A stretch of DNA of 64,000 bases from Acidobacteriota bacterium (GTDB lineage: Bacteria; Acidobacteriota; UBA6911; RPQK01; JAJDTT01), in NCBI GenBank assembly GCA_965209055.1, contig OZ242374.1, forward strand, positions 1,312,001 through 1,376,000, given 5' to 3'. Below, in pieces: positions 1 through 9,637 of the stretch. The notes below the pieces were generated by a model. The model worked only from the letters and a program-made list of their open reading frames with translations. It did not search any database and was not told the DNA's origin. Each line of letters starts with the position of its first letter. The first letter of the stretch is position 1. The position numbers were made by a program, and so were the translations under genes.

Positions 1-1
1 C

Positions 2-58
2 CTTCAGTCCTTCTGTCTCACTCTGCTGAACACCAACGAGTTCTTCTACTTGAACTGA
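2..58 (+). CDS. 3' end of a DUF1553-type (PSCyt/DUF1549/DUF1553) protein, truncated by the window edge
   Basis: Translates as LQSFCLTLLNTNEFFYLN*, the typical LLNxNEFxY ending of DUF1553 proteins. It lies directly upstream of a DUF1501 gene, its usual partner. Confidence 0.7.
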   Translation, partial: LQSFCLTLLNTNEFFYLN

Positions 59-158
59 GATTCGCTGGGCAGAGTGCAGCGAGGCCGCGCGGCGGAGGCG
101 AAATTGCAAGTGAACCGCCGAAGAACTACCCTGAGACATCGCCCTTTTCGCGAAGGCC

Positions 159-1652
<1,494 letters not shown>

Positions 1653-1664
1653 CCGGCCTGACCG

Positions 1665-3296
1665 TCATTCCAACTCGAAGCTGAAGAGTGTGGTCCCGGC
1701 GGTGATGGCCAGGTGCTGCTTGCCCTGGTTGAGGTAGGTGATGGGATTGGTGGCGATCATGCCGCCCAGTTGGGCGAACCAGAGCTCCTCCCCGGTGCGG
1801 GCGTCCAAGGCGAAGAACTGGCCGTCGGTGGTCCCTCCGAAGGCGAGGTCGCCGGCGGTGGTGAGAACACCGGCCCAGGGGACGGTCAGCATGGGATACT
1901 CCCACTTGAGCTCGCCCGTCTCCGGGACCAGGGCCCGGATCGCTCCCCTTCCCGGCGGCTCTTCGGACGCTCCTTGAACCAATCCGCCCCAGTAGGGAAG
2001 CCCCGGCGTGTAATCGGCCTCACCCTTGAAGAAGAGATTGGGCAGCTCCCAGACCGGCACGTAGAAGAGATCGGTGCGGGGACTGTAGGAAGGAGAGTAC
2101 CAGTTGGTGCCCCCCTGGACGCCGGGATAAACCAGCGTCCCCTCCTCGGTGGGCTCCATGTTGGGGACCCGGACCGGGCGGCCGTTCTCGTCGATCCTCT
2201 CCGCCCAGGTGACCTTGACGTAGTTCTTGGCCAGGAGAAACTCTCCGGAGGTCCGGTCCAGGACGTAGTAGAACCCGTTCCGGTTGGCGAAGTACATGAG
2301 CTTCCGCCGGACTCCGCCGAACTCGCCGTCCACCAGCACCGGGATCTGCACCGAGTCCCAATCGTGGACGTCGTGGGGAGTGAACTGGAAATACCAGCGC
2401 ATCTTTCCGGTGTCGGCCTCCACGGCCACGACCGAAGAGGCGTACAGGTTGTCTCCCAGCCGAACGTCGCCGTTCCAGTCGGGGGCGGGATTCCCCGTGC
2501 CCCAGTAGATGAGGTCCAGTTCCGGGTCGTAGGAACCGGTGATCCAGGTCGGCGCTCCACCCTGTTTCCACGAGTCGCCGGACCAGGTCTCGTTGCCCGG
2601 TTCGCCCGGACCGGGAATGGTGTAGAAACGCCAGGCCCGCTCGCCGGTGGCGGCGTCGTAGGCATCCAGAAATCCCCGGATGCCGTATTCCCCGCCCGAG
2701 ATGCCCACGATGATCTTGTCCTTCACGGCCAGCGGCGCCACCGTGATGCTGTAGCCCTCGTCGTACTCGGCCACCTTCGCCTTCCAGACGACGGCTCCCG
2801 TCTTGGCGTCCAGGGCCACGAGTTGGGCGTCCAGCGTTCCCAGGTAGACCCGGCCGTTCAAAATGGCCATTCCCCGGTTCACCTGGCCGCAGCAGACGCT
2901 GACGCGTTCCGGCAGTTTGTGCCGGTACTCCCAGTAGGGCCGGCCGGTCCGGACGTCCAACGCCAGGGCGTCGCTGGGCGGCTGCGTCACGTACATGACG
3001 TCGTTGACCACCAGCGGCGTGGTCTCCACCTTCTCCAGGCTCTTGAACTGGAACGCCCAGTCCAGGCGGAGGCGGTGGACATTGGCGGTGTTGACCTGGT
3101 CCAGGCCGCTGTAGCGCCAACTCCGGTAACCGCCCGAATAGCTGAGCCAGTGTCCCGGCAACTGGTCCGCCGTCAGCAGTTCTTCGGACGTCACCTCTCC
3201 CGAGAGGACCGCCGCTTCCTGCCTGGAAACCGTTCCGCCAGGCTGGCAGGCCGCCGCCAGCAACAGCACCAACCAGATCGCCGAATGCCGTTTCAT
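1665..3296 (-). CDS. PQQ-dependent dehydrogenase, methanol/ethanol family (Acidobacterial type), lipoprotein
   Basis: Lipobox LAAAC, vicinal cysteines VCCG, GGEYGIRG, GTGNPAP, TPHDVHDWD, and beta-propeller A(L)DAxTGxxxW repeats. Confidence 0.9.
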   Translation of the reverse strand: MKRHSAIWLVLLLAAACQPGGTVSRQEAAVLSGEVTSEELLTADQLPGHWLSYSGGYRSWRYSGLDQVNTANVHRLRLDWAFQFKSLEKVETTPLVVNDVMYVTQPPSDALALDVRTGRPYWEYRHKLPERVSVCCGQVNRGMAILNGRVYLGTLDAQLVALDAKTGAVVWKAKVAEYDEGYSITVAPLAVKDKIIVGISGGEYGIRGFLDAYDAATGERAWRFYTIPGPGEPGNETWSGDSWKQGGAPTWITGSYDPELDLIYWGTGNPAPDWNGDVRLGDNLYASSVVAVEADTGKMRWYFQFTPHDVHDWDSVQIPVLVDGEFGGVRRKLMYFANRNGFYYVLDRTSGEFLLAKNYVKVTWAERIDENGRPVRVPNMEPTEEGTLVYPGVQGGTNWYSPSYSPRTDLFYVPVWELPNLFFKGEADYTPGLPYWGGLVQGASEEPPGRGAIRALVPETGELKWEYPMLTVPWAGVLTTAGDLAFGGTTDGQFFALDARTGEELWFAQLGGMIATNPITYLNQGKQHLAITAGTTLFSFELE

Positions 3297-3301
3297 GGAC
3301 G

Positions 3302-4111
3302 CTATTTCCTTTTCAGCGAAGCCAGATAGGCCACCAGGTCGTCGACCTCCGTTTCGCTGAGATCGTCCTGATAGGTGGGCATGGCCGAGACCTGGCCCCT
3401 GCGAATCTCTTTCAGGAGTTGCTTGGAATAGGAGAGGAGGCGCTCTTCCTCGTCCATGACCTGGATCGAATAGGTGTCTTCGTTCAGGACCACCCCCTGA
3501 ACGGCGTTTCCGTCGGCCAGGGTGAGGGTGACCGGCCAGTAGCGGCGGGTGCCGTCGACGAAGGTTTCGGAACTGTTTCCGATCTCCGCGCTGGGTTCCA
3601 GGATGGACTCTTTCAGGAAACTGCCGGACCGCTTCCAGCCCACGTCGCTCAAGTCGGGACCCAGACGCCCTCCCTGTCCGTCGACCATGTGACAGCGGGA
3701 GCAGTCCCCTTGCTCCTCGAAGACGACCTTTCCCTTGGCCGGGTCGCCGGGAAGCGTTTCGGGCGTGGAACGGCGGTCCAGTGATCGAATATAGGCGACC
3801 AGTTGCCAGACCTCCCGGTCGGTGAACCGGTGGGCCGCCATGCTGGTCCCGGTGATCCCCTGGCTGACGATGCGGAACAGGGCCGAGTTGCTGTTCCCAT
3901 GACGATACTCGGAACGGGTCAGGTCCGGCCCCGATTCGCCCGTGGCGTCCAGGGCGTGACAGATGGCGCAGTGGTTCCGAAAGTTCCGGGCGCCGTTATT
4001 CAAGTCGGCGACCGAGGTGTAAGAGTTCTCGGCGACCGGCTGTTGCGCCGGCGACTCGTGTGTCAGCGTCAGGATCAGGAAGCCGGCGGTAAGGAGGTTG
4101 GTATTTCTCAA
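3302..4111 (-). CDS. Diheme c-type cytochrome with putative heme-binding domain, probable electron acceptor of the adjacent dehydrogenase
   Basis: Signal peptide; two CxxCH motifs (CAICH, CSRCH), each followed by GPDL; ends SAMP...DLVAYL. TTG start; 5 bp from the dehydrogenase. Confidence 0.88.
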   Translation of the reverse strand: MRNTNLLTAGFLILTLTHESPAQQPVAENSYTSVADLNNGARNFRNHCAICHALDATGESGPDLTRSEYRHGNSNSALFRIVSQGITGTSMAAHRFTDREVWQLVAYIRSLDRRSTPETLPGDPAKGKVVFEEQGDCSRCHMVDGQGGRLGPDLSDVGWKRSGSFLKESILEPSAEIGNSSETFVDGTRRYWPVTLTLADGNAVQGVVLNEDTYSIQVMDEEERLLSYSKQLLKEIRRGQVSAMPTYQDDLSETEVDDLVAYLASLKRK

Positions 4112-4289
4112 AACGTTTTCAACGTTGTGTTTTTCCTATCCGAACCCCTGCCGGAAGTCAAGGAGCGGGACGGAAAAGGAAGACGTCAACGCCAAAGGAC
4201 GCTCCTCATATTCTTCCGTTAGAGGATCACTATTGTCCTTGTATGATGAAAAATGGTCCGCATTTTACAATCTATAGCAAATATCTTTC

Positions 4290-5309
4290 CTACGGGAATC
4301 TGCGGGAGAGTGTCTCCCAGGCCTCGATCCGGGCCTTCTCCAGCACGTCCTGCAGGCGAACCGGCGCCCCGCCCCGCCGTTTGCTCTCGTCGGCGGCTTC
4401 CATGAAGACGTAGATTTCCAGCGTCGTGGCAGGATCGACCGGCGGAACGCGGGTCTCGAAAAACTCCACGATCCGGGCGACCAGGGGAGGATAGCCGGTG
4501 AAGCCTCCCAGCGGCGCGATGGCGTCACTCCCGAAGACGGTCCCGCCGAATCCCCGCTTCCCGGTCCGGCGCCCCCGAAAGGTGCCGAGCCGCCCGTCGG
4601 ACCACCTTCCCACCACCACGTCGTCACTCGCCGTCGTCATCCGGCTCAGCTCCACGCAGCCGGGCCCCAGGACGGTGTAGAGGGTTTCCACCCCATGAAT
4701 GCCGTACCAGAAGAGATCGGGGTGAGTCGGCTCCAGGGACGCCGGACTGTAGGCGTCGCAGGCCAGGATCTTCCCCACCTTCCCCTTGACCGCTTCCTGG
4801 ACCCCGGCGGCATAGCGCAGGGCGGAAGAGGAGAAGACCGGAGTCCCGTAGCGTTTCGAAAGCTCGTAGATGGCAATCACGTCCGCCAGGCTTCCCGCCA
4901 CCGGCTTGTCGATGAAGACCGGCTTGCCCGCCTTCAGGACCGGCGCGGCCTGCTCCAGGTGGGGACGTCCGTCGTTGGTCTCCAGCAGGACCACGTCCAC
5001 CTTCTCCAGGAGCGCCTCGATGCTGGGCACGATTTCGACACCCATCTCCCGGACCCGCTGCGTGTACTCCGGGACCCGCTTCACGCTCGACTCGATGTCG
5101 AGGCTCCCCTGGGGGTAAGCGGCCACCACACGGCAGCCCGGCACGTGGTCTTCGCCCTCGGGATCGTTGAGAATCCGGGTGAAGTGAACGGAATGGGACG
5201 TGTCGAGACCGATGATTCCGGCCCGGAGCGGCGCGGCCCGCATTCCGGCATCTGTCGACGCAGAAAGGAAGAGGAGCAGAAACAGGAGCGGCGAACCGAT
5301 TCGAGCCAT
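4290..5309 (-). CDS. Gfo/Idh/MocA family oxidoreductase with signal peptide
   Basis: GIIGLDTSH, VFIDKPVA, SSSALRY, WYGIHGVE. Start moved to the ATG at 5309, which has a GGAG RBS; the longer ORF would run into the tRNA. Confidence 0.85.
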   Translation of the reverse strand: MARIGSPLLFLLLFLSASTDAGMRAAPLRAGIIGLDTSHSVHFTRILNDPEGEDHVPGCRVVAAYPQGSLDIESSVKRVPEYTQRVREMGVEIVPSIEALLEKVDVVLLETNDGRPHLEQAAPVLKAGKPVFIDKPVAGSLADVIAIYELSKRYGTPVFSSSALRYAAGVQEAVKGKVGKILACDAYSPASLEPTHPDLFWYGIHGVETLYTVLGPGCVELSRMTTASDDVVVGRWSDGRLGTFRGRRTGKRGFGGTVFGSDAIAPLGGFTGYPPLVARIVEFFETRVPPVDPATTLEIYVFMEAADESKRRGGAPVRLQDVLEKARIEAWETLSRRFP

Positions 5310-5340
5310 GTTGACTCCCCGTATGAGACGCATGAAAAGG

Positions 5341-5415
<75 letters not shown>

Positions 5416-5427
5416 TCGCCGATCATT

Positions 5428-7068
5428 CTAGCCCGATCTTTCCGCCACCACCAAGTCCTGCTGGTCGATGATGGTGTTCATGGCCTTCCGCAAATCGGTG
5501 AGCGCCAATTGATAGTCGATCTGGGAGCGCAACTCCAAGAGCCGGGCCTCGGCCACGTCCCGCTGGTACTGCAGGAGCTCGAAATTGGTGGAGAGTCCCG
5601 CCTTGAACCGTTTGGTCTCCAGCTCCAACTGCTCTTCGGCGAAACGCACCGACAGCGCGGACATGTCGAGCTCCCGCTTCTGAATGCCGAGACGTTCATA
5701 AGCGTTGCGGACCTCCTCCACGATGAGCTGTTCCTGCTGCCGGGATTCGTGCCGGAGACGGCGCTCGGCGATGGCGGTTTCCGCCATGAGGCCCTCGTTG
5801 CGGCGATTTCTCAAGGGGATCTCCACATCGACGAAGATCCCATAGGAGATATAGTCGAACCCCAGCGCCTGTCCCATGGAATTGCCGAAGTTGCCGTAGA
5901 ATGGGTTCGCCGGATCCGGCTCGCGAGTCAGAGCGCCGAAGAAATCGACGTTCTTGAAGACCTGTCCCGAGCGGCCGTAGGAACCCACGCTGGCTCTCAA
6001 GTTGATCCTGGGCTTGCCCTCCTTCCTGTAGTAATCCCTGTCGATATGATTCTGTTCCAACTGCAGGTTCAGGCGCTCCAGCTCGGGCCGCCGCTTCAAA
6101 GCCTGTTCGATGGCCTCCTCCAAGTTGATGGCCAGGGGCCGGATTCGAGGCCGGTCCGTGGGGATCAATGTCAGATTCCAGAGGGCAGCCGACCGGTCGG
6201 GCGTGAGGAGCTTCTTGACGGCATTCTGCCGTATGACGATCTGGACCTCGGCCTGAATCGTGGCCTGCTCGCGTTTGGACACCTCCGCCCGGGTCCGGCT
6301 GACCTCCATCGGAGCCGAAATGCCCACCGCGACCCTCCGCTTGTTCAGCTCATGCTGCAGAACGGCCTGTTCCCTTGACTGGCGGCGTGTTTCATGGTTG
6401 TCGATGGCCGAGACCAATTCCCAATACTCGGTCTGGAGGCGCAGGATGATGGCCGACACCCTCTCTTTGAACTGGCTCTCGTTGATGCGGCGATCCAGGT
6501 TGTAGATCTTCAATTGCCGTTCCGTCCCGGTTTGCCGGAAGCCGCGCCAAAGGGGTTGGGAGAAAGAGAAGTTGAAGTAGGACTCGTAGTTGGGATTGAT
6601 GATGGAAAACGCGCTGTTGCTGGAGTTGCGGAGATTGTTCAAGGTCAGTTCGAGGTTGCCGCCGCCTTTGACCGGCTGTTGAAGCGATGAGTTGAGCTGA
6701 AACCCGCGCCGGATCGACGTGGGGACGTTGCGGCCCGCGTCCAGAATACTGGTGGCCGGCCACTCGTTGGAATTCCAGCCGGTGGTGAAGCTGAGCATCG
6801 GATCGTAGTCGCCGCGAGTCTGGAATATCCGTTGTTCGGTCAGGTCTTCATTGAAATCCTCGATGGCGATCTCCAAATTGTTGGTCAGAGCCAGACGGAC
6901 GGCCTCCTTCAGGGAGAGATCCATGAATCTTCCCTCGCTTCGAACCCGGTCCACGTAGGGTTCGCTGGCAGGGAATTCCTGGTCCGTATCGGAAGAGCCT
7001 TCGGCCGGAAACAATCCGAGCCAGAGAACGGCCAACAGGGAAAAAGGGGTGCGAACGGCAAACATCAT
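5428..7068 (-). CDS. TolC family outer membrane efflux protein
   Basis: LSLKEAVRLALTNNLEI, ALKRRPEL, RFKAGLSTNFELLQYQ; divergent from the adaptor/ABC operon. Confidence 0.88.
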   Translation of the reverse strand: MMFAVRTPFSLLAVLWLGLFPAEGSSDTDQEFPASEPYVDRVRSEGRFMDLSLKEAVRLALTNNLEIAIEDFNEDLTEQRIFQTRGDYDPMLSFTTGWNSNEWPATSILDAGRNVPTSIRRGFQLNSSLQQPVKGGGNLELTLNNLRNSSNSAFSIINPNYESYFNFSFSQPLWRGFRQTGTERQLKIYNLDRRINESQFKERVSAIILRLQTEYWELVSAIDNHETRRQSREQAVLQHELNKRRVAVGISAPMEVSRTRAEVSKREQATIQAEVQIVIRQNAVKKLLTPDRSAALWNLTLIPTDRPRIRPLAINLEEAIEQALKRRPELERLNLQLEQNHIDRDYYRKEGKPRINLRASVGSYGRSGQVFKNVDFFGALTREPDPANPFYGNFGNSMGQALGFDYISYGIFVDVEIPLRNRRNEGLMAETAIAERRLRHESRQQEQLIVEEVRNAYERLGIQKRELDMSALSVRFAEEQLELETKRFKAGLSTNFELLQYQRDVAEARLLELRSQIDYQLALTDLRKAMNTIIDQQDLVVAERSG

Positions 7069-7281
7069 TGAACTCCTCGCGTCGCTGTTGCATCTTCAAG
7101 TCAGAGGTTCGTCTCAGTTAGAGATGCGTTCGAAGTCCATAAGGATCGGCCGATCCCGATCAGGCCCGGGCACACGGCCGGATTTCAGCGGAGAGCCGCG
7201 TGCCGGAATGGCGTGTTTCCGGACGCTGCTCCCTGTAGACATATTATCCCCCAGACCGTCCTCCCTCCGGGGAGAGTGTTC

Positions 7282-9600
7282 ATGAGAAACACCCTCTTGC
7301 CGCTTGTTCTTCTGTCCTGCACGGCCCTGGCGGCGGCCAACGACCTGGACGGGACCACCCGCATCGTCACGGTCCAGCAGCGGCCCTTCGTCAAGTTCGT
7401 GACCCTCACCGGCGAACTCCAGGCCGGCGATTCCCTGATCGTCTACTCTCCCAGGATTCCCCACCATTGGAACCTGAAACTGAGTCATCTGGCGGACCAG
7501 GGATCCAGGGTCCGGAACGGGGATCTGCTGGTGAAGTTCGACGGCTCCAGCCTGGAGACCGAACGGTTGGACCTGGAGAAGAAACGGGAGGAAGCGCGGC
7601 TCAAGATCGCCCGCAAGGAAGCCGAAATCGGGTCCCAACGGCAGGAGCAACTCCTGCAAAGGGCCACCGCCGAAAAGGAATTGAAGGTCGCCCGGGTCTA
7701 CGCCGGGATTCCGCCCGACCTGGTGCCTCGGGAAGATTCCGAAAAGTACCGGTACGACGTCTCGCAGGCCAGGATCAAGCTGGACAAGGCCGACCAGCAA
7801 CTCGCCAGTCAACAGGAAACCGGACGGGCCGAGTTGGAGGTTCTCGAACTCGACTACCAGCGGGCCGATCTGCAACTCAAACACCTGCTTCAGTCCATGG
7901 ACCGGCTCACGGTCCGGGCGCCCTCCTCCGGACTGGCCGTCCGGGCGCGGCACGACCGGGAAGAGCGCAGGCTCCAGCCGGGAGACGCGGTCTGGGGAGG
8001 GCGTCCGGTCCTGATGCTCCCCAACCTGGATCACCTGGAAGTTGCCGCCGTCGTCTACGACTCCGAGCTCGGCCTGCTGCAGGAAGGGATGCCTGCCGAG
8101 GTGACCCTGGATGCCTATCCCGCCCGCCGCTTCCGCGGACGAGTGCTGCGGGTTTCGGAAGCGGCGAAGGCCAGGTCGCGGAGATCCCGCCTCAAGGTCT
8201 TCGAGGCCCGCGTCTCCCTGCTGGAAACGGATCTGGGCATCATGAAGCCGGGAATGACGGCTCGAGTGAGGATTCCGGTGCCGGTGGGCGAGCGAATGAC
8301 GGCGCCCCGGGAGGCGCTCCACCTGGGGCCCGGCGGCGAGGTCTTCGCGTGGGATGAGACGGGGCGGAAGCTGCCGGTGAAAGTCCTGGATACGACGGAC
8401 CGCTGGGCGTCGGTGGCCGGACTGGATGCCGGACAGAGACTCCTCCTGAATTTCGGCACGGACCCGGGCCGCCAATCGGAGGGGGATTGGATCCGGATGA
8501 AACGGGAGGACTTCACCCTCACCGCGCCCGGCAACGGAGTACTCAATGCGGCGTTGGCGACTTCGATCCAGTCGCCGGCTCTTCCCAACACCTGGAACTA
8601 CAAGGTCACCCACTTGGCGCCCGAGGGAAGCCCGGTGGAAAAAGGGGACGTCGTGGTGCGCTTGGACCCGACGGAAGTCGAGAAGAAACTGCGTCAGGAA
8701 ACGGCCAACGTCGAGAAGGCCCGGGAAGAGTACGAGAAGACCAAGGCGTCTTTGGAGCTGTCGGCACGGGACCTGGACCTGAAGCTGGAGGAAGCCAGGG
8801 CCGATGCTCAGAAGAAGGAGAAACAACTGGTGGAAGCCAGGGAGTTCCAGTCGATCCTCGACGTCAAAAAGGCGGAATACGAGGCGGAATTGGCTCGCCG
8901 CAAGGTCGAGACCCTGGAACTGCAGCGGAGGTTCGTGAAGCAGGACGCCGACCTGCAGCTCAAGATCCTGCAAGACAGCCGGCGGCTCTATGAAGAGAGA
9001 GCCTCCCATCACCGAAAATCGATCCAGGCCATGGAAATCGTCTCACCCCGGGCCGGCACCGTCCTTTACCAGAGGAACTGGCGCAACGAGCCGGTGCGGG
9101 TGGGAAGCGACGTGTACGCGGGCAGGACCATCATGAGCCTCCCCGACCTGTCGAGCCTGGTGGTGGACGCCCGGGTCGCGGAAATCGACGCCGGAAAAGT
9201 CCGCGTCGGCCAGGAAGTCAGAGTCGACCTGGACGCCATTCCGGACCGGACCTTCAAGGGAAGGGTCGCGTCGGTGGCCACCCTCTTCTCTCCGGCCGGC
9301 TTCGATCGGCCCATGAAGGTCCTGGACCTCACGGTAGAGCTGGAGCGCGTGGACCAGGAGAGAATGCGTCCGGGCATGGCCACCCGGATCCGGATCGTCG
9401 TCAACCACTTCCAGGATGTCCTGACCTTGCCCCTGTCGGTCATTCAGACGGAAAATGGCGAGTCCTTCGTCTGGGTGAATCAGGAGGGCGGGCCGGTCAA
9501 GAGGTCCATCAAGTTGGGGCGGGGCAACGGTGTCGTCGCCGTGGTCAAGGAAGGGCTGACGGAGGGAGAGGAGGTCGCCAATGTGCCGGATGCGGGATAA
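7282..9600 (+). CDS. Tandem (double) periplasmic membrane-fusion/adaptor protein, HlyD/MacA-like
   Basis: Signal peptide, then two complete adaptor modules, each with a lipoyl half-motif (GSRVRNGD / GSPVEKGD), coiled coil and beta-barrel (LDAYP..F.G / LDAIP..F.G; MKPGMTA / MRPGMAT). Confidence 0.85.
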   Translation: MRNTLLPLVLLSCTALAAANDLDGTTRIVTVQQRPFVKFVTLTGELQAGDSLIVYSPRIPHHWNLKLSHLADQGSRVRNGDLLVKFDGSSLETERLDLEKKREEARLKIARKEAEIGSQRQEQLLQRATAEKELKVARVYAGIPPDLVPREDSEKYRYDVSQARIKLDKADQQLASQQETGRAELEVLELDYQRADLQLKHLLQSMDRLTVRAPSSGLAVRARHDREERRLQPGDAVWGGRPVLMLPNLDHLEVAAVVYDSELGLLQEGMPAEVTLDAYPARRFRGRVLRVSEAAKARSRRSRLKVFEARVSLLETDLGIMKPGMTARVRIPVPVGERMTAPREALHLGPGGEVFAWDETGRKLPVKVLDTTDRWASVAGLDAGQRLLLNFGTDPGRQSEGDWIRMKREDFTLTAPGNGVLNAALATSIQSPALPNTWNYKVTHLAPEGSPVEKGDVVVRLDPTEVEKKLRQETANVEKAREEYEKTKASLELSARDLDLKLEEARADAQKKEKQLVEAREFQSILDVKKAEYEAELARRKVETLELQRRFVKQDADLQLKILQDSRRLYEERASHHRKSIQAMEIVSPRAGTVLYQRNWRNEPVRVGSDVYAGRTIMSLPDLSSLVVDARVAEIDAGKVRVGQEVRVDLDAIPDRTFKGRVASVATLFSPAGFDRPMKVLDLTVELERVDQERMRPGMATRIRIVVNHFQDVLTLPLSVIQTENGESFVWVNQEGGPVKRSIKLGRGNGVVAVVKEGLTEGEEVANVPDAG

Positions 9601-9637
9601 GGGATTCGATCCCTGCCGGCAACGACGGGTATCCAAC

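Noticed and set aside
4162-4170. ggagcggga matching the tRNA-Gly 3' end as an att site
   Set aside because: Only 9 nt in GC-rich DNA, with no integrase or island-like cargo between the two.
7114-9012. Long opposite-strand or alternate-frame ORFs (also 1713-3329, 23836-25947, 30663-32783, 42707-44962 and others)
   Set aside because: They are shadows of real genes in high-GC DNA, with no motifs and biased composition.
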